A stretch of DNA of 62,850 bases, counting the filler, from Squatina squatina (Eukaryota), in assembly GCA_031763465.1 (NCBI GenBank). It is 4 parts of 4 records of this genome, joined end to end, with 100 filler letters (N's around TTAATTAATTAA, not from the genome) between each part and the next. Parts side by side here need not be neighbours in the genome. Positions count along the whole stretch, not along the records: positions 47,057 to 62,850 come from JARFOE010000007.1; 3 more parts are not named here. One strand, written 5' to 3'. The first letter of the stretch is position 1. Each line of letters opens with the position of its first letter. The notes under the pieces are model-generated. The model saw only the letters and a program-made list of their open reading frames with translations. It did not search any database and had not been told where the DNA came from. Both the position numbers and the translations under genes were made by a program. Positions 61,021 through 62,850 of this stretch are shown in pieces.

Positions 61021-62850
61021 AGGTAGTTGTTGGGAGGTTTATTTGGCTGTTTTTCTTTCAGTCCCGACAATGTTATTTCACTGTGAGCTGGTTTTATCTT
61101 CAATTTACACAGCATCAGCGGGGCAATTCCTAGCATTCAATTGCTGACCACTTAAAATATTCAGTGCAGTGTTTACTCATCACCATTTTGGCAGAAAAGT
61201 CTTTTAAGTAAATATTCATATAATTGCATACGAACTATACTTTGTGCAACTAATTCTCAATATCAAGGTAATGTGGAGTTAACCCTCAGTATTTATTACA
61301 TAGTTAACCCTCAATATCTATCATTATGCATGACTGTGAGAATATATTTTTTCACTTAGTATTGAAACTGTATACAAAGGTTCAAATATTAAGTGCAGCA
61401 CATCAAAGTGTTAATGCTCTGCAATCAATAACCCATGAAACAGATGGACAGTAATCCTTCTAATACACACTTATCCAGTGTAAGTAATTGTAACACAAAG
61501 ACTGGAGATTAAACACCATATTCAGCAGACTGCTTGCAGATACTGTAGTTCAAATTACTTGCCTTGAGCTTTGTAATGTATTAAACTGAAAAGATATCAG
61601 TTTTCATTAGTGTACATATTTTGCAATTCACCAATGTCAAAACAAAATATTGTTTGCGGATATTTATTACTGCTGCCTTAACAAATTGTCTCAATGAAAG
61701 GTCAACATTTCAAGCATGACAATTTCAATTGCACACCAAAATAAAGCATTTCTCAGGGAATGCTATAAGCCAAGGAATGGGCTGTCCTTTTTTTCTTACT
61801 GACAAGAACTTGTACCTTACGGTAACAGTAGCAATGTAAATAACTGGTTCTTAAGGAAGGGTATCTAATCAATACTTGGAAGATTGACAATTATTACATG
61901 CAGCTCAAAGGCACTGGTACATCCTGAAGTCTTCAAGCTCTAATAGCTTTTTGTTGCAAACGAATGGAAGGACTTTATCCGCATCCGTTTACTCAGAACT
62001 ACAACTGCACCATTCCATGTCACTTAAAAAGGGCAAAGAATAAGTGAACTGGTCAAAATTAAGGCTTGCAAAAGAACAAAACATAAGTATCTTGTNNNNN
62101 NNNNNNNNNNNNNNNNNNNNNNNNNNNNNNNNNNNNNNNNNNNNNNNNNNNNNNNNNNNNNNNNNNNNNNNNNNNNNNNNNNNNNNNNNNNNNNNNNNNN
62201 NNNNNNNNNNNNNNNNNNNNNNNNNNNNNNNNNNNNNNNNNNNNNNNNNNNNNNNNNNNNNNNNNNNNNNTACAGAGGATTTTCTATCTGGAAATCTGCT
62301 CGTCAAAACTACCAGCTTCTTTAAGCTTCATTGAAACTATTCAAACAATCTCAGGATTTAGTGACTGTGTTATAGTCTGTGCTATTTCCTAGTTTGGCTT
62401 CTTTCTACGAATAATCGAATTCTATTAAAGCAACTGACCCATTCACTGATCTTGTCTTATACTCATTAAATTCGCTGTTGTTGACGTGAAACGACAGGAC
62501 CGGCCGAAGTGGGGCTCGGCTCGTAAATAGTTGCAATGATTAGATCGTTTTAAAGAGAGCGTGACAGTTCCGTTACTGCATGTTATAATAATCAAATTAT
62601 TTTACAAACTGTAATATACCTCTCGAACCAAAACCAACAGCAACATGTGAAGCGGGAAGGACATGGCCATCACTTCTTGTAAAGATTAATTTTGTTTAGC
62701 AGCGCTTAAAGGGGCATTTTTAAATGCTAAGTTTTAGTTGTGAAATAGGTCCTTAATGTGTCTTTCTCCAGTGTTATTATGTCCTCATATTGAAAGCGGT
62801 ATTAAGAGTGCAGGAATGGGAATGCCATGTTGGTGCAGTAGGGCGTCTTC

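Overview
This is eukaryotic vertebrate DNA, very likely from a cartilaginous fish (shark). That call is inferred from SacSINE1/DeuSINE-like, CR1, L2, RTE and Penelope-like repeats and from the gene sequences. The window is a gappy pseudo-assembly: many 100-N gaps, plus three N44-TTAATTAATTAA-N44 linkers (12889-12988, 32012-32111, 46957-47056) that split it into four probably unrelated scaffolds. Block 1 (1-12888) is mostly repeats, with a 40-bp degenerate tandem array and a possible GPCR relic. Block 2 (12989-32011) holds one NCKAP1 exon, a candidate spliced gene or pseudogene ending in a Harbinger Myb/SANT domain, a CCN6/WISP3-like gene (IGFBP, TSP1 and CT exons seen, no VWC exon seen) and a fossil hAT transposase. 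Block 3 (32112-46956) holds GYG2(-), ZBED1(+) and AKAP17A(-), collinear with the human PAR1/Xp22.33 region; ZBED1 has an aberrant C-terminus and AKAP17A a possible extra intron. Block 4 (47057-62850) holds the first coding exon of a Rab-GDI gene and its ZNF143/NRF1-type CpG promoter. No prokaryotic system, CRISPR array or convincingly novel system was found. Gene names rest on recalled similarity, not a database search, and repeat boundaries are approximate.
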